From the sequence record NC_062582.1: DNA of 64,000 nt, one strand, 5' to 3'. Below, piece after piece: positions 25,829 to 36,583 of the stretch. Within the stretch, counting starts at the first letter, position 1. Every line of letters begins with the position of its first letter. A program made the translations under genes and the position numbers. Under the pieces are notes generated by a model that did no database searches, was not told where the DNA came from, and was given only the letters and a program-made list of their open reading frames with translations.

Positions 25829-28759
25829 TTATTCTAAGTGCTTGTAGAAGTTGAATGTCATGTCATCCTGGACAGTCAATTCATTGTTCGGCAAGACTAC
25901 CAGTTTCTTACGTACGCTGAGACGTGTAGCTTGGTCTGCAACTGTAAGGATCGTGTAGTTATCTTTACCGCCTAAGCCATTAGCTTCGAGTGCCATTACT
26001 TCAGAACCAGATGTCTCTTGTAGTTGTGCCACAATGTCAGACATACTGATCGTGGAGTTCTGGATCATTTCATTGGTTGTAACCTTAGCATTCTGAATCA
26101 AGCTTGGTCGAATGGTTGGGTTGATGTAAGCAGCTGTAGTCAAGTAGAAGCTCATAGTAAACGCTTGGTCTACGGGAATGGTAACTTGCTTACCTTCCAA
26201 CACTGTTGCCAAAGCATCGCCGTAAGTAGTTGTTGGGTAGAGGTACAACTTAGCCTCTTCAAGCAACTGTGAGTCCAGTAGTTCAATGTCAGTCTGTAAC
26301 CAACCCACTAGCTCCATTGGAATGTTTTGTGCGTATGTAGCGGCTGTCAGTTCGTTAGCGAAATAGAACAGACCATCTACCATGAACAGAGTAATCTCCC
26401 GAAGCAGTTTACGAGGTTCAATCAGAATAGGCTTACCTTGAGCATCTAGGATTGGATCACCAGCCAGATGTTTCATTACAGGTTCACCACTTTCTGTCAA
26501 TACTGGATCACCAGCTTTGTGCAGAAGTTCAAAGGTAAAACCACCTTGACCGTCAGGGATCAAAATGTTGTTACCATTGGCATCAACAGCGTATACGTTT
26601 ACCTCGTAGTAAGCGGGGATGTTGAATTGATATTTCTGATACGATTCCGAACCCAAGATAGGACGACTACGTCTCCACATCTTAGTCATGTCATAACCGA
26701 GAATAGTTTGCAGACGTTCACGAGTTACTACCATGTATTGCGCAGGCAACAGGTGCGACTGAACCATGTCATCCAGTTCGTTTGGTTTATAACCAGGAGT
26801 AATGGTGTTGACGACGCAGATCGTTACATCGAACTCAGATTCCAAATCAACGTAGAAGTTGTTCTGAAGGTTAGAGAACATAGTCATGTTAGTAGTACGA
26901 ATAGCATTGCGTGCGTTGATATCGTAGTTCGTTACAATCTTGAACTCGTATACGCGTTCTTCGCTTTCCATCCCAACAAAGGTACCGTTAACAGATGCCC
27001 AACGATTCTCACCATTTGGTTCATAACCGATCTGCAACACAATCTGCTCGTTGTCCAGTTGTTTAAACAAGTCGCCACTAATCAATTTAACACGGATAGT
27101 GTAACCTTCTGGATTACGAGAGATGCTGTAAGTATCTACTGCTGCTTGCAAGTTAGCTGTATCGTTCTCACCAATAAAGATCTTCTGTTCGATCTTAGGG
27201 TTATCCAGGTAATAAGGACGCAGAGCAAAGTTATTGTCAGCTGCATCTAATACGTTGTGGAAAGGCGAATAAACGTAGCGGTTATTATTGACCTCACGTG
27301 CACGCCCTTCGGCAGGCAAGTTCTTAAGTCGGTTGATCTCTTGGTCAGCGATGAATTCAACTTTACCATTATTAAACCGATACAGCATCGATGGTTTAAT
27401 TGTAATGTTATCACCATTGTCAGCTACGTTCTCAGAGCCCGCAAGAGTCTCCATGTTAGCCGTTAACACTGCCATCGTCACACCAGCACCCGACACTATG
27501 TCAATGCCTGTAGGTTTCCCTAGGCGACGTGTAGCGAGGTATTGCAGGTTAGAGATATCGTCAATGTTGGTAACCATATCGTAGCCGCGCATATCAAGGT
27601 TAGACTTGAGCTGTACGTTTGTGATAGGAACCTTAGCAGCACCGAGCGTGTTATCGATTACTTGATCACGAAGCTTCATGAAGGTAACTGGATCAGCACC
27701 ACCATCAACACGGTTACGCGAGAATGGTGTACAGATACTCAAATGCTTCATTGGTGCAACGTAAGTTGAATCATCATCGATGTCATTAAAAGCTACATCG
27801 AATTTATCCATTCCGTATTTAGCCAAGTCACGATCGATCTGTCCTTTGGTGGTATAGATGTCCAAACGGATATCACCAGTAACCATACCTTGAGTCACAT
27901 AGATCGAAGGGATCATCGCTTCAATACGTCCACCATCTACTACTTTCAACACAACAGTCAAAGCCATTGGGTCGTAAGTTAAATCAGAGTGCGTAGTCTT
28001 TACTTCAGTCCAAGTAGATTCTTCATCCGTTGAAATGTAAGCACGAGCAAAGAAGAACTTGTCATCAAAGCTGTAAGACTTCTGAAACAGGTTAGATGGG
28101 TTAAGTGTATCGGTATGAGTTTCAATCTTAAACTGTTGAACAGGAATAGACATGTTCATGAGCTTAAGAGTACGACGGGAACCTTCGTTGGTAGCAACGT
28201 AAGACATGTTCCATTTAACAACGTTGGTAGTCAATACAGACACTGGTGATTGATGATCCAAAACATACTCTGCAAGAATACCACCGTGACGCTGTACAGT
28301 CAGAGTGATCGGGTATTGCATGGTAAAGGTCAGGTCATCTACAGTGAACGATGAAAGACGTGGAATAACAAGACGACGTAATCCTTGATCGCCATATGGC
28401 AAAGCTTTAGCGATGATCTCGTTGTAGTCCAATACCAAAGTCATGTTGGTACTAGCTGGTAAACTGAAACGACCGATGTAATCATCATCCGACATGTGCA
28501 GATAGAGTTCATCAAAGTTCAATGCCAATCGTGGATACAACTTACGCATCAATGCTTCTGTTTCATTAATTGCCATGGTCGTTTGCATTGTGCTGTTTTC
28601 CATACAGAATACAAACGGCAAAGTACCATCGGGAACATCGTAGGTCGGATTGTTTGGATCGGGATTTAACTGTCGATCCAATTCTGTAAGCCCTGCTGCT
28701 TGCATCAGTGCCGGATTACGACGAACCCGGAAGATGTTTTCTTTGTATAAACTCGACAT
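25829..28759 (-). CDS. Baseplate wedge protein candidate (phiKZ gp87-like, T4 gp6-like), 976 aa
   Basis: DGGADPVTFMKLRDQV resembles the GG-x-D-x-E...LR motif of baseplate J/gp6; synteny. Confidence 0.6.
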   Translation of the reverse strand: MSSLYKENIFRVRRNPALMQAAGLTELDRQLNPDPNNPTYDVPDGTLPFVFCMENSTMQTTMAINETEALMRKLYPRLALNFDELYLHMSDDDYIGRFSLPASTNMTLVLDYNEIIAKALPYGDQGLRRLVIPRLSSFTVDDLTFTMQYPITLTVQRHGGILAEYVLDHQSPVSVLTTNVVKWNMSYVATNEGSRRTLKLMNMSIPVQQFKIETHTDTLNPSNLFQKSYSFDDKFFFARAYISTDEESTWTEVKTTHSDLTYDPMALTVVLKVVDGGRIEAMIPSIYVTQGMVTGDIRLDIYTTKGQIDRDLAKYGMDKFDVAFNDIDDDSTYVAPMKHLSICTPFSRNRVDGGADPVTFMKLRDQVIDNTLGAAKVPITNVQLKSNLDMRGYDMVTNIDDISNLQYLATRRLGKPTGIDIVSGAGVTMAVLTANMETLAGSENVADNGDNITIKPSMLYRFNNGKVEFIADQEINRLKNLPAEGRAREVNNNRYVYSPFHNVLDAADNNFALRPYYLDNPKIEQKIFIGENDTANLQAAVDTYSISRNPEGYTIRVKLISGDLFKQLDNEQIVLQIGYEPNGENRWASVNGTFVGMESEERVYEFKIVTNYDINARNAIRTTNMTMFSNLQNNFYVDLESEFDVTICVVNTITPGYKPNELDDMVQSHLLPAQYMVVTRERLQTILGYDMTKMWRRSRPILGSESYQKYQFNIPAYYEVNVYAVDANGNNILIPDGQGGFTFELLHKAGDPVLTESGEPVMKHLAGDPILDAQGKPILIEPRKLLREITLFMVDGLFYFANELTAATYAQNIPMELVGWLQTDIELLDSQLLEEAKLYLYPTTTYGDALATVLEGKQVTIPVDQAFTMSFYLTTAAYINPTIRPSLIQNAKVTTNEMIQNSTISMSDIVAQLQETSGSEVMALEANGLGGKDNYTILTVADQATRLSVRKKLVVLPNNELTVQDDMTFNFYKHLE

Positions 28760-28774
28760 TGAAGTTTCCTTTAA

Positions 28775-29821
28775 TTATTCTGAACGATAACCTTGTGTAA
28801 TGTTACCAGGTGCGTATTGCTCGTAAACATGTTTCCAAACGTACCATTCTAGTTCCATGTTACGTGCAACGTTAATCCATGGGTAAGCTGTGAAGTTGAA
28901 GAAGTTCTTCTCGTTCGGTTTTAGTTTAACCATGGCAGTGCTACGAGCATCTGGACGCATTGCTGGGTTGAATGTTTCAACAAGGTCATTAAACTCATAA
29001 ATAAGGATATGGTCGTAAATTGTTGTGCCCATACAACGGATACTAAAGTTCAATTGATCGGCAGCAGTTTGATAAGGTGTTTCAGAACCATCACCAGTAA
29101 AGTTCAGAATCTGACCAGTTGGTGTGTTCATCGGAAGACTTGCTCCCGAGGCTGCAATACGGGTTACGTAAGTTTTAGTCGAGTCCATAATCAAACGATA
29201 TACACGTGTGTTGGCATCGTATTCTCGTAGCAATAACAGGTCAATGTGAGGCATGATTCGCCCCTCATTATTGAGACCCATATATCTCAGCCAAATGTAG
29301 AATAACCATGATATAGGATCGCCAGCAATGTTACGTGTAGTCATCTGCAAATCGTAGGTGTTAAATTGATACGGAACGTCATCTACATATGACATTGCAT
29401 CGCGATAAACTCCAGGGGTCGTAGTTGACAAATTGATCGTAAAATCTTCCCAACCAGTCAAGCTGATCAGGTTGTTACTGAGCAACGGAATGAATGGGTT
29501 AAATACATCCACACCCGGACACCAGTCTTGTCCACGTTCTTGATGTTGTCTTGGGTCAAGGTAAGCCCTGACTCGACGTTCAACAGATTCGACGTTTGGG
29601 TTCAAGATCTGAGATAGCCCCCGGTCAACCAAACAATTTTGGTCTGACAGATTCATAAGGGGTTTTGTAAAGAAGGTGTAACCGTGGTTCTCTGTGTTAA
29701 GAGAAATAGCGTTGTTACGCCCTGTAATATTCAGACCTTTAAATGAATCGTCGATGGATCTATCTCTGGGAGATAAACCTGTGTTCTGAACGATCTGGTC
29801 AAGGAAGTCACTCAAAGCCAT
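28775..29821 (-). CDS. Tail/baseplate structural protein (phiKZ gp88-like), 348 aa
   Basis: Synteny; beta-rich, possibly tube-fold. Confidence 0.55.
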   Translation of the reverse strand: MALSDFLDQIVQNTGLSPRDRSIDDSFKGLNITGRNNAISLNTENHGYTFFTKPLMNLSDQNCLVDRGLSQILNPNVESVERRVRAYLDPRQHQERGQDWCPGVDVFNPFIPLLSNNLISLTGWEDFTINLSTTTPGVYRDAMSYVDDVPYQFNTYDLQMTTRNIAGDPISWLFYIWLRYMGLNNEGRIMPHIDLLLLREYDANTRVYRLIMDSTKTYVTRIAASGASLPMNTPTGQILNFTGDGSETPYQTAADQLNFSIRCMGTTIYDHILIYEFNDLVETFNPAMRPDARSTAMVKLKPNEKNFFNFTAYPWINVARNMELEWYVWKHVYEQYAPGNITQGYRSE

Positions 29822-29862
29822 TTTTTAAACTCTCTTTATAATGAATTGAAAGGAAGAGAAAC

Positions 29863-31020
29863 ATGTCATTACCAATTAGCGCGGCTACAGCCACTGGCAG
29901 TAGCGTTATTAAAGGACTCATGTCCACTGTACTGAATGCTGCTTCTAGTAGCATGTCTATTAACTCACTGGCTGACCTAGCTAGACCTTGCCGTGTTGAA
30001 CCAATCGCTATCATTGATAACGTACTGGCTGACCAACCGTACATGCAAGATCTGATGAAAGTAGCCACCAGCCAATTTGCCGCTTATTACTTGCAAGCTG
30101 TGAACATGGTCATGGGTGTCGGTAAGATCGATACTCTAAAAGTATTCGACTCGTTGAACCCTGTACGTTCGGTTGCTGGTGATATTGCTGGTACTGTTTT
30201 CTCTAAAGAACAATACGTTGATGGTTTGCCTAGTATAGAATCATTCCAACAAAAGGTAGATCGCACCGAAATCGCAGAGTATAGCTTTGAAGCGTATACC
30301 TACGGCATGGAAGCAGCTGAAAAAGAAGAAGCCAAAAAGACCGCTAAAGGTCTGTCCTCTTCTGACACTGGTAAGATCTATGAAGTAGAAAACCTTGCTG
30401 TTGGTAAACTGCTGAACGTTGAGATTGATGGCAAAGATGGGGCAAAAGCTAAGCTCCCTGTTTTGATCCGTCTGGTTCCAGCTGTCGTTCCTTCCGAGGC
30501 ACTCACTCATATCTTTGTTGCAGGCGGACGCGATTCTTGGTCTCACCGCTTCTTCTTGGTTAAGACTGGTCAACTGCATTTCTGGCGGGATTTCATCCTG
30601 GGTCAAGATATGATCGATGCTCACATGAAAGCATTGATGACTGACCGCTCGGGTGTCTACAAAGAAATTACTGACCGTCGTCGTAACAACGTATCGAAAG
30701 CTGTTACCTCTGGTCGTGTATCTCTGGCTGACGCTTCTAACATTGCTATCATTTCTTCTAACACTCTGAAGACTACCGCAGCTCAACTCTACAGTCGTAT
30801 TGATGATTTGGCTGTTCGTGAGAAGATCTTTGATAACTCTTATCTGCTGATGCTGTTGGTTGTTGATGAGCGCTGGAACACTGTAACCATTTATCACCGT
30901 GGCGTAGACTTGACTTCCAAGTATCGTCTGGACGATATCAAGATGGCAGAGAAGAACAAAGGTTCCGACATTACCGAACTGTTCAAAATGTTCAGCAAAC
31001 AAATGTCCACCAACATCTAA
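29863..31020 (+). CDS. Inner-body/head protein (phiKZ gp89-like), 385 aa
   Basis: Synteny; central S/G-X-E sites (YSFE, YGME). Confidence 0.6.
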   Translation: MSLPISAATATGSSVIKGLMSTVLNAASSSMSINSLADLARPCRVEPIAIIDNVLADQPYMQDLMKVATSQFAAYYLQAVNMVMGVGKIDTLKVFDSLNPVRSVAGDIAGTVFSKEQYVDGLPSIESFQQKVDRTEIAEYSFEAYTYGMEAAEKEEAKKTAKGLSSSDTGKIYEVENLAVGKLLNVEIDGKDGAKAKLPVLIRLVPAVVPSEALTHIFVAGGRDSWSHRFFLVKTGQLHFWRDFILGQDMIDAHMKALMTDRSGVYKEITDRRRNNVSKAVTSGRVSLADASNIAIISSNTLKTTAAQLYSRIDDLAVREKIFDNSYLLMLLVVDERWNTVTIYHRGVDLTSKYRLDDIKMAEKNKGSDITELFKMFSKQMSTNI

Positions 31021-31031
31021 AGGAAACCTAA

Positions 31032-31925
31032 ATGAATATTCTCGCTTTCGTTCAATCGCTGCCTAACGTTACTGAACGTCGGGACGTGATTAAAGTTCTT
31101 GACCAGCTGGCTGTCGAATACGACGATACCGTTGGTCCTATCGTTTCAGACATGGTTGAAGCCTTTAAAGGTGTTCCTCTGAAATCTAACCTGGCTAAAC
31201 AACTTGACATGGTTATGCGTCGGTATGTTAACTATCAAGGTAGTGCTTTGGATCTGATTCTCACTACTCTGGTAAACGTACGTGGCTGCTTTGAAGTTAT
31301 TCGTAAAGACATCCGTAACGTATTCAGTGTTTCCTTTACTAACACTAACCTGTCTTTCGATAAAGCAAACATTCTTCAGTTCATCGAAGCCCTGGCATTC
31401 TACATCCGTTATGCTCGTAAGCTGATGCTGTTCTTGGTTGCTTCCGAATCGTCTCAAGCTGGTAAAGCAACTCCTGCTAAATGGACACCTGCTGAAGCAG
31501 AATGGATCTCGGTTAACATGGATCAGTTTGCTGGACTGTACACAGCTATGTCTCAGCCGCCTAACCAGTTCCGTACTCGTCTGAACAGTGCATCTAATGC
31601 TCTGGTTGAAGAATCAACTTTCCAAGTTGCTCAACAATCCCTGGGTATGCAAAAGACTGACCCGCTGGACATGGCTGGTTTCTCACCTCGTTCTAACCCT
31701 TTCATGCTGCTTGGTAAGTTCCTGGCTGAGATGCAAGTAGAGCGTTACAATGTAGCCAAAGAAGAATACTTCGGTCTGCAAGTACGCCTGCAAGAATTGC
31801 GTGATCTGCGTGCTGGTCAAGGTGCTAGCCCTGTACTGGGTAAACAGATTCAAGCTTATGAGAAACGTATCTCTGAGTATGAATTCGAAATGTCTCGCAT
31901 CCGTGAGCGTGCTGGTTTGGAGTAA
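31032..31925 (+). CDS. Inner-body/head protein (phiKZ gp90-like), 297 aa
   Basis: AAGGA RBS; synteny; coiled-coil C-terminus. Confidence 0.6.
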   Translation: MNILAFVQSLPNVTERRDVIKVLDQLAVEYDDTVGPIVSDMVEAFKGVPLKSNLAKQLDMVMRRYVNYQGSALDLILTTLVNVRGCFEVIRKDIRNVFSVSFTNTNLSFDKANILQFIEALAFYIRYARKLMLFLVASESSQAGKATPAKWTPAEAEWISVNMDQFAGLYTAMSQPPNQFRTRLNSASNALVEESTFQVAQQSLGMQKTDPLDMAGFSPRSNPFMLLGKFLAEMQVERYNVAKEEYFGLQVRLQELRDLRAGQGASPVLGKQIQAYEKRISEYEFEMSRIRERAGLE

Positions 31926-31931
31926 GTTACT

Positions 31932-32468
31932 ATGGCAGGCACTAATGCAGTAAAGCCTGGATACAATGATGCTCGTGATTACTCGGGTGGCCAATACAAG
32001 GCTGCCCAACGTTTCACTATGCGTCAAGGTGATCCACGCGTACACGATCTTTATCTGGTCTTTACCAACGAGCCACGTAAAGCGGTTACTTGGGAATTCC
32101 GTAAGAAAGTTATTGAACTGGCACAGAGTCTCTTTGCTGGTAACTTCAACTGGTTTATCCGTCAAGATGCTAACGCTTCGATCGTAGATCAGAACTACAT
32201 GTTCCTTTTGGACACCGTACGTTTTATTGCTACTGGTCATCGTCGTCTGAGTATCTATACTTGGCCAGCTTTGATTTCTTACAACGTACCTGTTGGCAAC
32301 TCGGTTGATCAACGTAACGATATCTCTAAGCTCTTTATTGAATTTGCTCTTGCCACTGATACTACCACTGTACTGTCTAAGTGGATTAGTCGTAAGAACG
32401 GCTTTGATGATCTCATGTACACCATGCACATGTTGTTTGGTAATGTACCTGAACAAACTAAATCCTAA
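31932..32468 (+). CDS. Conserved head-block protein, 178 aa
   Basis: GGAG RBS; in operon. Confidence 0.6.
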   Translation: MAGTNAVKPGYNDARDYSGGQYKAAQRFTMRQGDPRVHDLYLVFTNEPRKAVTWEFRKKVIELAQSLFAGNFNWFIRQDANASIVDQNYMFLLDTVRFIATGHRRLSIYTWPALISYNVPVGNSVDQRNDISKLFIEFALATDTTTVLSKWISRKNGFDDLMYTMHMLFGNVPEQTKS

Positions 32469-32481
32469 TCTGGAGGAGTCT

Positions 32482-33768
32482 ATGGTTAGTGAAAATAACC
32501 AACTCCCACCAGAGAATATTGACGGGGTAACACCCGTCGATTTTCCCGTCATCACCGAAAAGACTTTAGAGGACATGGATCTCCATGAAACTCGATTAGA
32601 AGCTTTAGGTCTGGAGATGGACAAGTTAAGTCAGTTAGCTACATTCCTCGAAACTAATCCAAGCACCGAGATGTTGTCTTATGCCCTGGAGAAGTATGAT
32701 CTTGATGGAGTTGTATCTAACGAGGACATTAACAAGTCAGCACAACAGGTGTGGGATCGTACAAAGCTCAACCTTCGACGTTATCAGTCGGACCTATTCA
32801 GTTATGCCAAGATTATTCAAAGCGGCTCAGAGCGCGCTGTAGAGCGTCTAGAGATGTTGTTGGAAATGTCTGGTAAACTACAGAACAAACCTTACAAAGA
32901 AACTGTTGTTGTAAACAAGAATCGTAAGTATGGTATCGATGGTAAGTTTGAGCCAACTGATATCCGCCCCCTGATGGACCAGACACAAAACCTTTTTGAC
33001 TTCTATGATAAAGTCTTAATTAACTACATGCGGGATGTCGACAAGGTAATCCTCAAGGTAGAAGTAGATCACACTTGGACTGATGACACCATCATGAAGT
33101 TCGAGAAGTTTGATGCTAAGAAATGGATGTCTAACTTTACCGAAGTTGAAGAAGATGAACGCTTTCGAGTATCTTCAAATTTGGTACGTTCCGTTATTGC
33201 TCAGGGTAACAAAGCTCTTTATTATTCTGGTCCTACCGATGCAAAGACCGAGACGATCAAAGACTGGGCTTTCATGGTAAACACAATTCGTCGTCTCAAG
33301 CTTAAGTACTACAGTGTTCCAGGCATGAAGCCAACTAATGAAGAAGAGAACACAGTGACAGTGGGTAATCCAATGTCAATCAAACAGCGTATTACTTATT
33401 TGCTGGGCGTTGCTAAACGTATCAGTAACCGTCAAGGCTACGACAAAAAGATTTCGGCTGAGCTTCGTAAACTGGAAACCGATTGCGAAAGACTACGTAA
33501 CCGTGTTCGTGGTTTGCGTCAGCAGATCAGTAAGAAAGTTGGTGAAGAAGAAAAGGACGAAGGTCGTCCAGTTGTTTCCGACATTGTTAAAGACTTGGTT
33601 CTAATCATGAACTCTTTAACAAGATTAGTTACTGATTACAATAATGGTTTAGCAGCACAGCTACGGTTAGTTGGTGCCTTAGGCTACGTGGCAGATCTAG
33701 AGCTAAAAGCTTATGAAGCTCCTATGAAGAAACCTACCCAAGAGATTGTCGAGAAGACTGAAACATAA
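32482..33768 (+). CDS. Head protein (phiKZ gp92-like), about 428 aa
   Basis: GGAGGAG RBS before ATG 32482; LGLE/YALE/VSNE sites. Confidence 0.6.
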   Translation: MVSENNQLPPENIDGVTPVDFPVITEKTLEDMDLHETRLEALGLEMDKLSQLATFLETNPSTEMLSYALEKYDLDGVVSNEDINKSAQQVWDRTKLNLRRYQSDLFSYAKIIQSGSERAVERLEMLLEMSGKLQNKPYKETVVVNKNRKYGIDGKFEPTDIRPLMDQTQNLFDFYDKVLINYMRDVDKVILKVEVDHTWTDDTIMKFEKFDAKKWMSNFTEVEEDERFRVSSNLVRSVIAQGNKALYYSGPTDAKTETIKDWAFMVNTIRRLKLKYYSVPGMKPTNEEENTVTVGNPMSIKQRITYLLGVAKRISNRQGYDKKISAELRKLETDCERLRNRVRGLRQQISKKVGEEEKDEGRPVVSDIVKDLVLIMNSLTRLVTDYNNGLAAQLRLVGALGYVADLELKAYEAPMKKPTQEIVEKTET

Positions 33769-33777
33769 CGACATAAC

Positions 33778-33798
33778 AGGGAACCGCGATGGTTCCCT
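33778..33798 (+). terminator. Hairpin terminator (family member)
   Basis: AGGGAACC-GCGAT-GGTTCCCT with CATAA/TTATG arms. Confidence 0.7.
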
Positions 33799-33841
33799 TT
33801 ATGCTATGTCATAAGTACTTATACATACAAGAGATCTATCC

Positions 33842-35293
33842 ATGGATATCAAAAGACTGCAACAATTTATTACCCTCAGCAATGAAGACTTTGCTGATGC
33901 GCACGAACCCGTTAATGATGGTGTTAAAGAAGTACCGGACGCTGACGACATCGCTAAGATGGTTACTCGTTCCGGTGGTAGTGGTGAATCGGATCTGACC
34001 ACTCAAGGCGAAGGTAAAGTAATTCCTGAAAAGCCTGACACCGATGAAGTTGTGGAAAAGAAAGAAGAAACAACTACGACTGAAACCACTGAAGAAACAG
34101 AAACTCCTGCCAAGGCACCTCCTTTCGAAAAGAAAGAAGAGACTTCTGAAACCACAACTGACCTGGAAGAAGAGACAGAAAAGAAAGATCCGACCGACGA
34201 AGCTGATGAAGAAATCAAGAAGGCTTCTGAAACTGTAGAAACCCTTCAGCATTCTCGCGTGGCCGTTGAGCAGTACATCGAACTTCTTCGTGGCAACAAA
34301 CGTATCTCTAAACAAGCTGCTGCTGTTATTCAAGTAGGTCTGGAACATATCGACACTACATGCGAATTGAAAGTACGTGCGTTTGGTTTGGAAAGTTTTG
34401 ATACCACACCAAAATCGGCTATGGAATCTGCTGACGTTAACGAGAACTCACTGTTGTCACGTGCTGGTGAAATCGGTGCGAAGATTCTTAGGTGGTTGGA
34501 AAAGATCATCGAGCATTTGGAAGTATTCTTCCAGAAGTATCGTGCTGGTCTGACGGAAACACAGAAGAATGTGGAAGGTGTTATTGAACTTATCAAACCG
34601 CTTGACTCTTTGCGTGCTGTTGAACTACGTAATGTAAGTAAGTATCTTTACATTGGCGATGAGTTTGTTGGTGACCAACTAACCCGTGATGAGAAACTGG
34701 TCCCTGACATTATTAAGACTAACCGTGCTTATATTTCTAGTCGTCTCTTTGGACCTCTGATGGCAATCATCAACGGTAACCAAGCTAACGAAGACACTCT
34801 TGAAGATCTCAAACAACTACGTTTGAATATTTATAAAGAAGGCGGTAACAAAGTTCTTCTTCCAGGTGGCGCTGCTCTTGAAGTAGATGGCGGCATCAAA
34901 ATTGATTATAACGAACTCCATGATCAGGGTTATGAGCATACCAAAACCAGTGGTGCTAAACGACTCGATGTCCCTGAGATGCCTAGTGGAGAGGCCATCC
35001 GTAACCTGCAAGAGATTCTTAAGTATCTTGATCAGCTCGATGACACTGGTACTGCGCAGCGCATGGTTAACGAAGGTTACAAGATTAAAGAAGCGGTAAT
35101 TAAACTTCGTAAACGCTCTAAAGATGTAGATGAAGTACTCTTCCAAAACATCCAGCGTGAAATCGAATATTTCGTCATGGGTGCATTCTCACCTGTTGGG
35201 TATTATCGAGTACTTGGCGATTTAGGTAAAGCACAGGAAGCTCGTGTACGCTATTATCGCGATCGTGCTACTCAGTTAAAATCGTCTAACTAA
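33842..35293 (+). CDS. Internal head/ejection protein, gp93-97 paralogue family, 483 aa
   Basis: Acidic propeptide, VAVE/VGLE/FGLE/SAME sites, then GEIGAKILRWLEKII family helix. Confidence 0.7.
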   Translation: MDIKRLQQFITLSNEDFADAHEPVNDGVKEVPDADDIAKMVTRSGGSGESDLTTQGEGKVIPEKPDTDEVVEKKEETTTTETTEETETPAKAPPFEKKEETSETTTDLEEETEKKDPTDEADEEIKKASETVETLQHSRVAVEQYIELLRGNKRISKQAAAVIQVGLEHIDTTCELKVRAFGLESFDTTPKSAMESADVNENSLLSRAGEIGAKILRWLEKIIEHLEVFFQKYRAGLTETQKNVEGVIELIKPLDSLRAVELRNVSKYLYIGDEFVGDQLTRDEKLVPDIIKTNRAYISSRLFGPLMAIINGNQANEDTLEDLKQLRLNIYKEGGNKVLLPGGAALEVDGGIKIDYNELHDQGYEHTKTSGAKRLDVPEMPSGEAIRNLQEILKYLDQLDDTGTAQRMVNEGYKIKEAVIKLRKRSKDVDEVLFQNIQREIEYFVMGAFSPVGYYRVLGDLGKAQEARVRYYRDRATQLKSSN

Positions 35294-35311
35294 GGGTAGT
35301 TCGCTACCCTT
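35292..35311 (+). terminator. Hairpin terminator
   Basis: AAGGGTAG-TTCG-CTACCCTT then TATTT. Confidence 0.65.
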
Positions 35312-35333
35312 TATTTAAATAGTGAGAACGCCC

Positions 35334-36539
35334 ATGACAGATGATACTAGACAAGACCCTAGTAATCGACCAAGCATCAATGACGGTTCTCCTGAACAAG
35401 ATATGTCGGAGAACATCGTGTTTGACAATGAAAAAGAATTAGAGTCGTTGATTGTAGATCGTATTGCAGTTGAGAAGTTTTATAATCACGTTGTAACTGC
35501 CGGTACCGATGGTCTCGATGATGTAGCGCGCAAAGCACTGCAAATTGGTTTGAACCATATTAATCCAGCCGAATACAAAGTCGCAGTCGAAGACTTTACC
35601 GACATCAATATTTCAGCTGAAGATATTGGTGAAACCCTTAAGGCTATCGGTAAGAAAATTATGGCCTTCATTGAAACTCTTATCGAGAAGGCTAAAGTAT
35701 ACGCTGCTAAAATTATGTCCGGTGTTAACGGCGTAATCAGCGATGCGGAAGAATTGCTTGAACGCGCAAAGCAAAAACCTGGTAGTAAGGAAGAGAAATT
35801 CGATTCGCGTGCTTACGCTAAAGATCGAATGAAAGCAGATATCTCGAATGAACTCTACGGTGACAAAACTATCACCATCAACAACCCAGGCATTCTGATG
35901 AATGGCAAAGAGTTCTGTGCAGATGACTGCTCGTCAGAAACAGAGATTGTTAAGTTCTTCCAAGGGGCTTGGCCACAGTATGCCATTGATCAAATCAAGC
36001 GTGCACGTAAGATGATTGGTGAGTACGATGTTGAATCGGGTAACTCAGAGAACTTCAAAGCTAACTCTGAATTCTTGGGTAACCATGCTTCACTCGTAGC
36101 TAAGATCGTTGACCTGACCTTACCGGGCAATAAGAAAGTTGCTTTCAAATACGTCGCCCTTGGTCCAGAACTGGTTGATGTAGAAGACGCACCGGAACCA
36201 CCAGCTAAATACACCATGGACGTTCGAGATTCGACCACCATTACTAAGACTCTTAAAGACAACATTGAACACATGCGTAATCTGTCTAAGCTGCTTGAAG
36301 AAGAAGCTAAGGTATTGCACGAAATGAAACAACTGTCTCAAGGTGTACAAGAGTTAGAAGGTCGTCGCGGTGAAACAATCTTTAAAGGTGCGCGTGATGA
36401 TCTTGATTCTATTTCCAGTATGGTAATGGGTCTTGTTAATCGCCTTAAGCCTAACCTCGATCCAATCGTTCGCCACTTGGCTCGTGTTGGTGTAGCTCGT
36501 AACGCTGTGTGCCGTCAGGAACTCGATGCACGGGGTTAA
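35334..36539 (+). CDS. Internal head/ejection protein, gp93-97 paralogue family
   Basis: IAVE/VAVE/ISAE sites then IGKKIMAFIETLIEK helix; TINNPGIL motif shared with next paralogue (VVKNPTML). Confidence 0.7.
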   Translation: MTDDTRQDPSNRPSINDGSPEQDMSENIVFDNEKELESLIVDRIAVEKFYNHVVTAGTDGLDDVARKALQIGLNHINPAEYKVAVEDFTDINISAEDIGETLKAIGKKIMAFIETLIEKAKVYAAKIMSGVNGVISDAEELLERAKQKPGSKEEKFDSRAYAKDRMKADISNELYGDKTITINNPGILMNGKEFCADDCSSETEIVKFFQGAWPQYAIDQIKRARKMIGEYDVESGNSENFKANSEFLGNHASLVAKIVDLTLPGNKKVAFKYVALGPELVDVEDAPEPPAKYTMDVRDSTTITKTLKDNIEHMRNLSKLLEEEAKVLHEMKQLSQGVQELEGRRGETIFKGARDDLDSISSMVMGLVNRLKPNLDPIVRHLARVGVARNAVCRQELDARG

Positions 36540-36583
36540 CCAATCCTATAGTGTTTACATTTCCCTTACAAAAGGATAATCCC

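Noticed and set aside
32293-32481. N-terminal extension overlapping the upstream gene by 176 nt
   Set aside because: Strong GGAGGAG RBS at ATG 32482; no slippery site noticed; no need for a frameshift.
30241-32624. 253-aa and 313-aa minus-strand ORFs
   Set aside because: Antisense to well-supported head genes.
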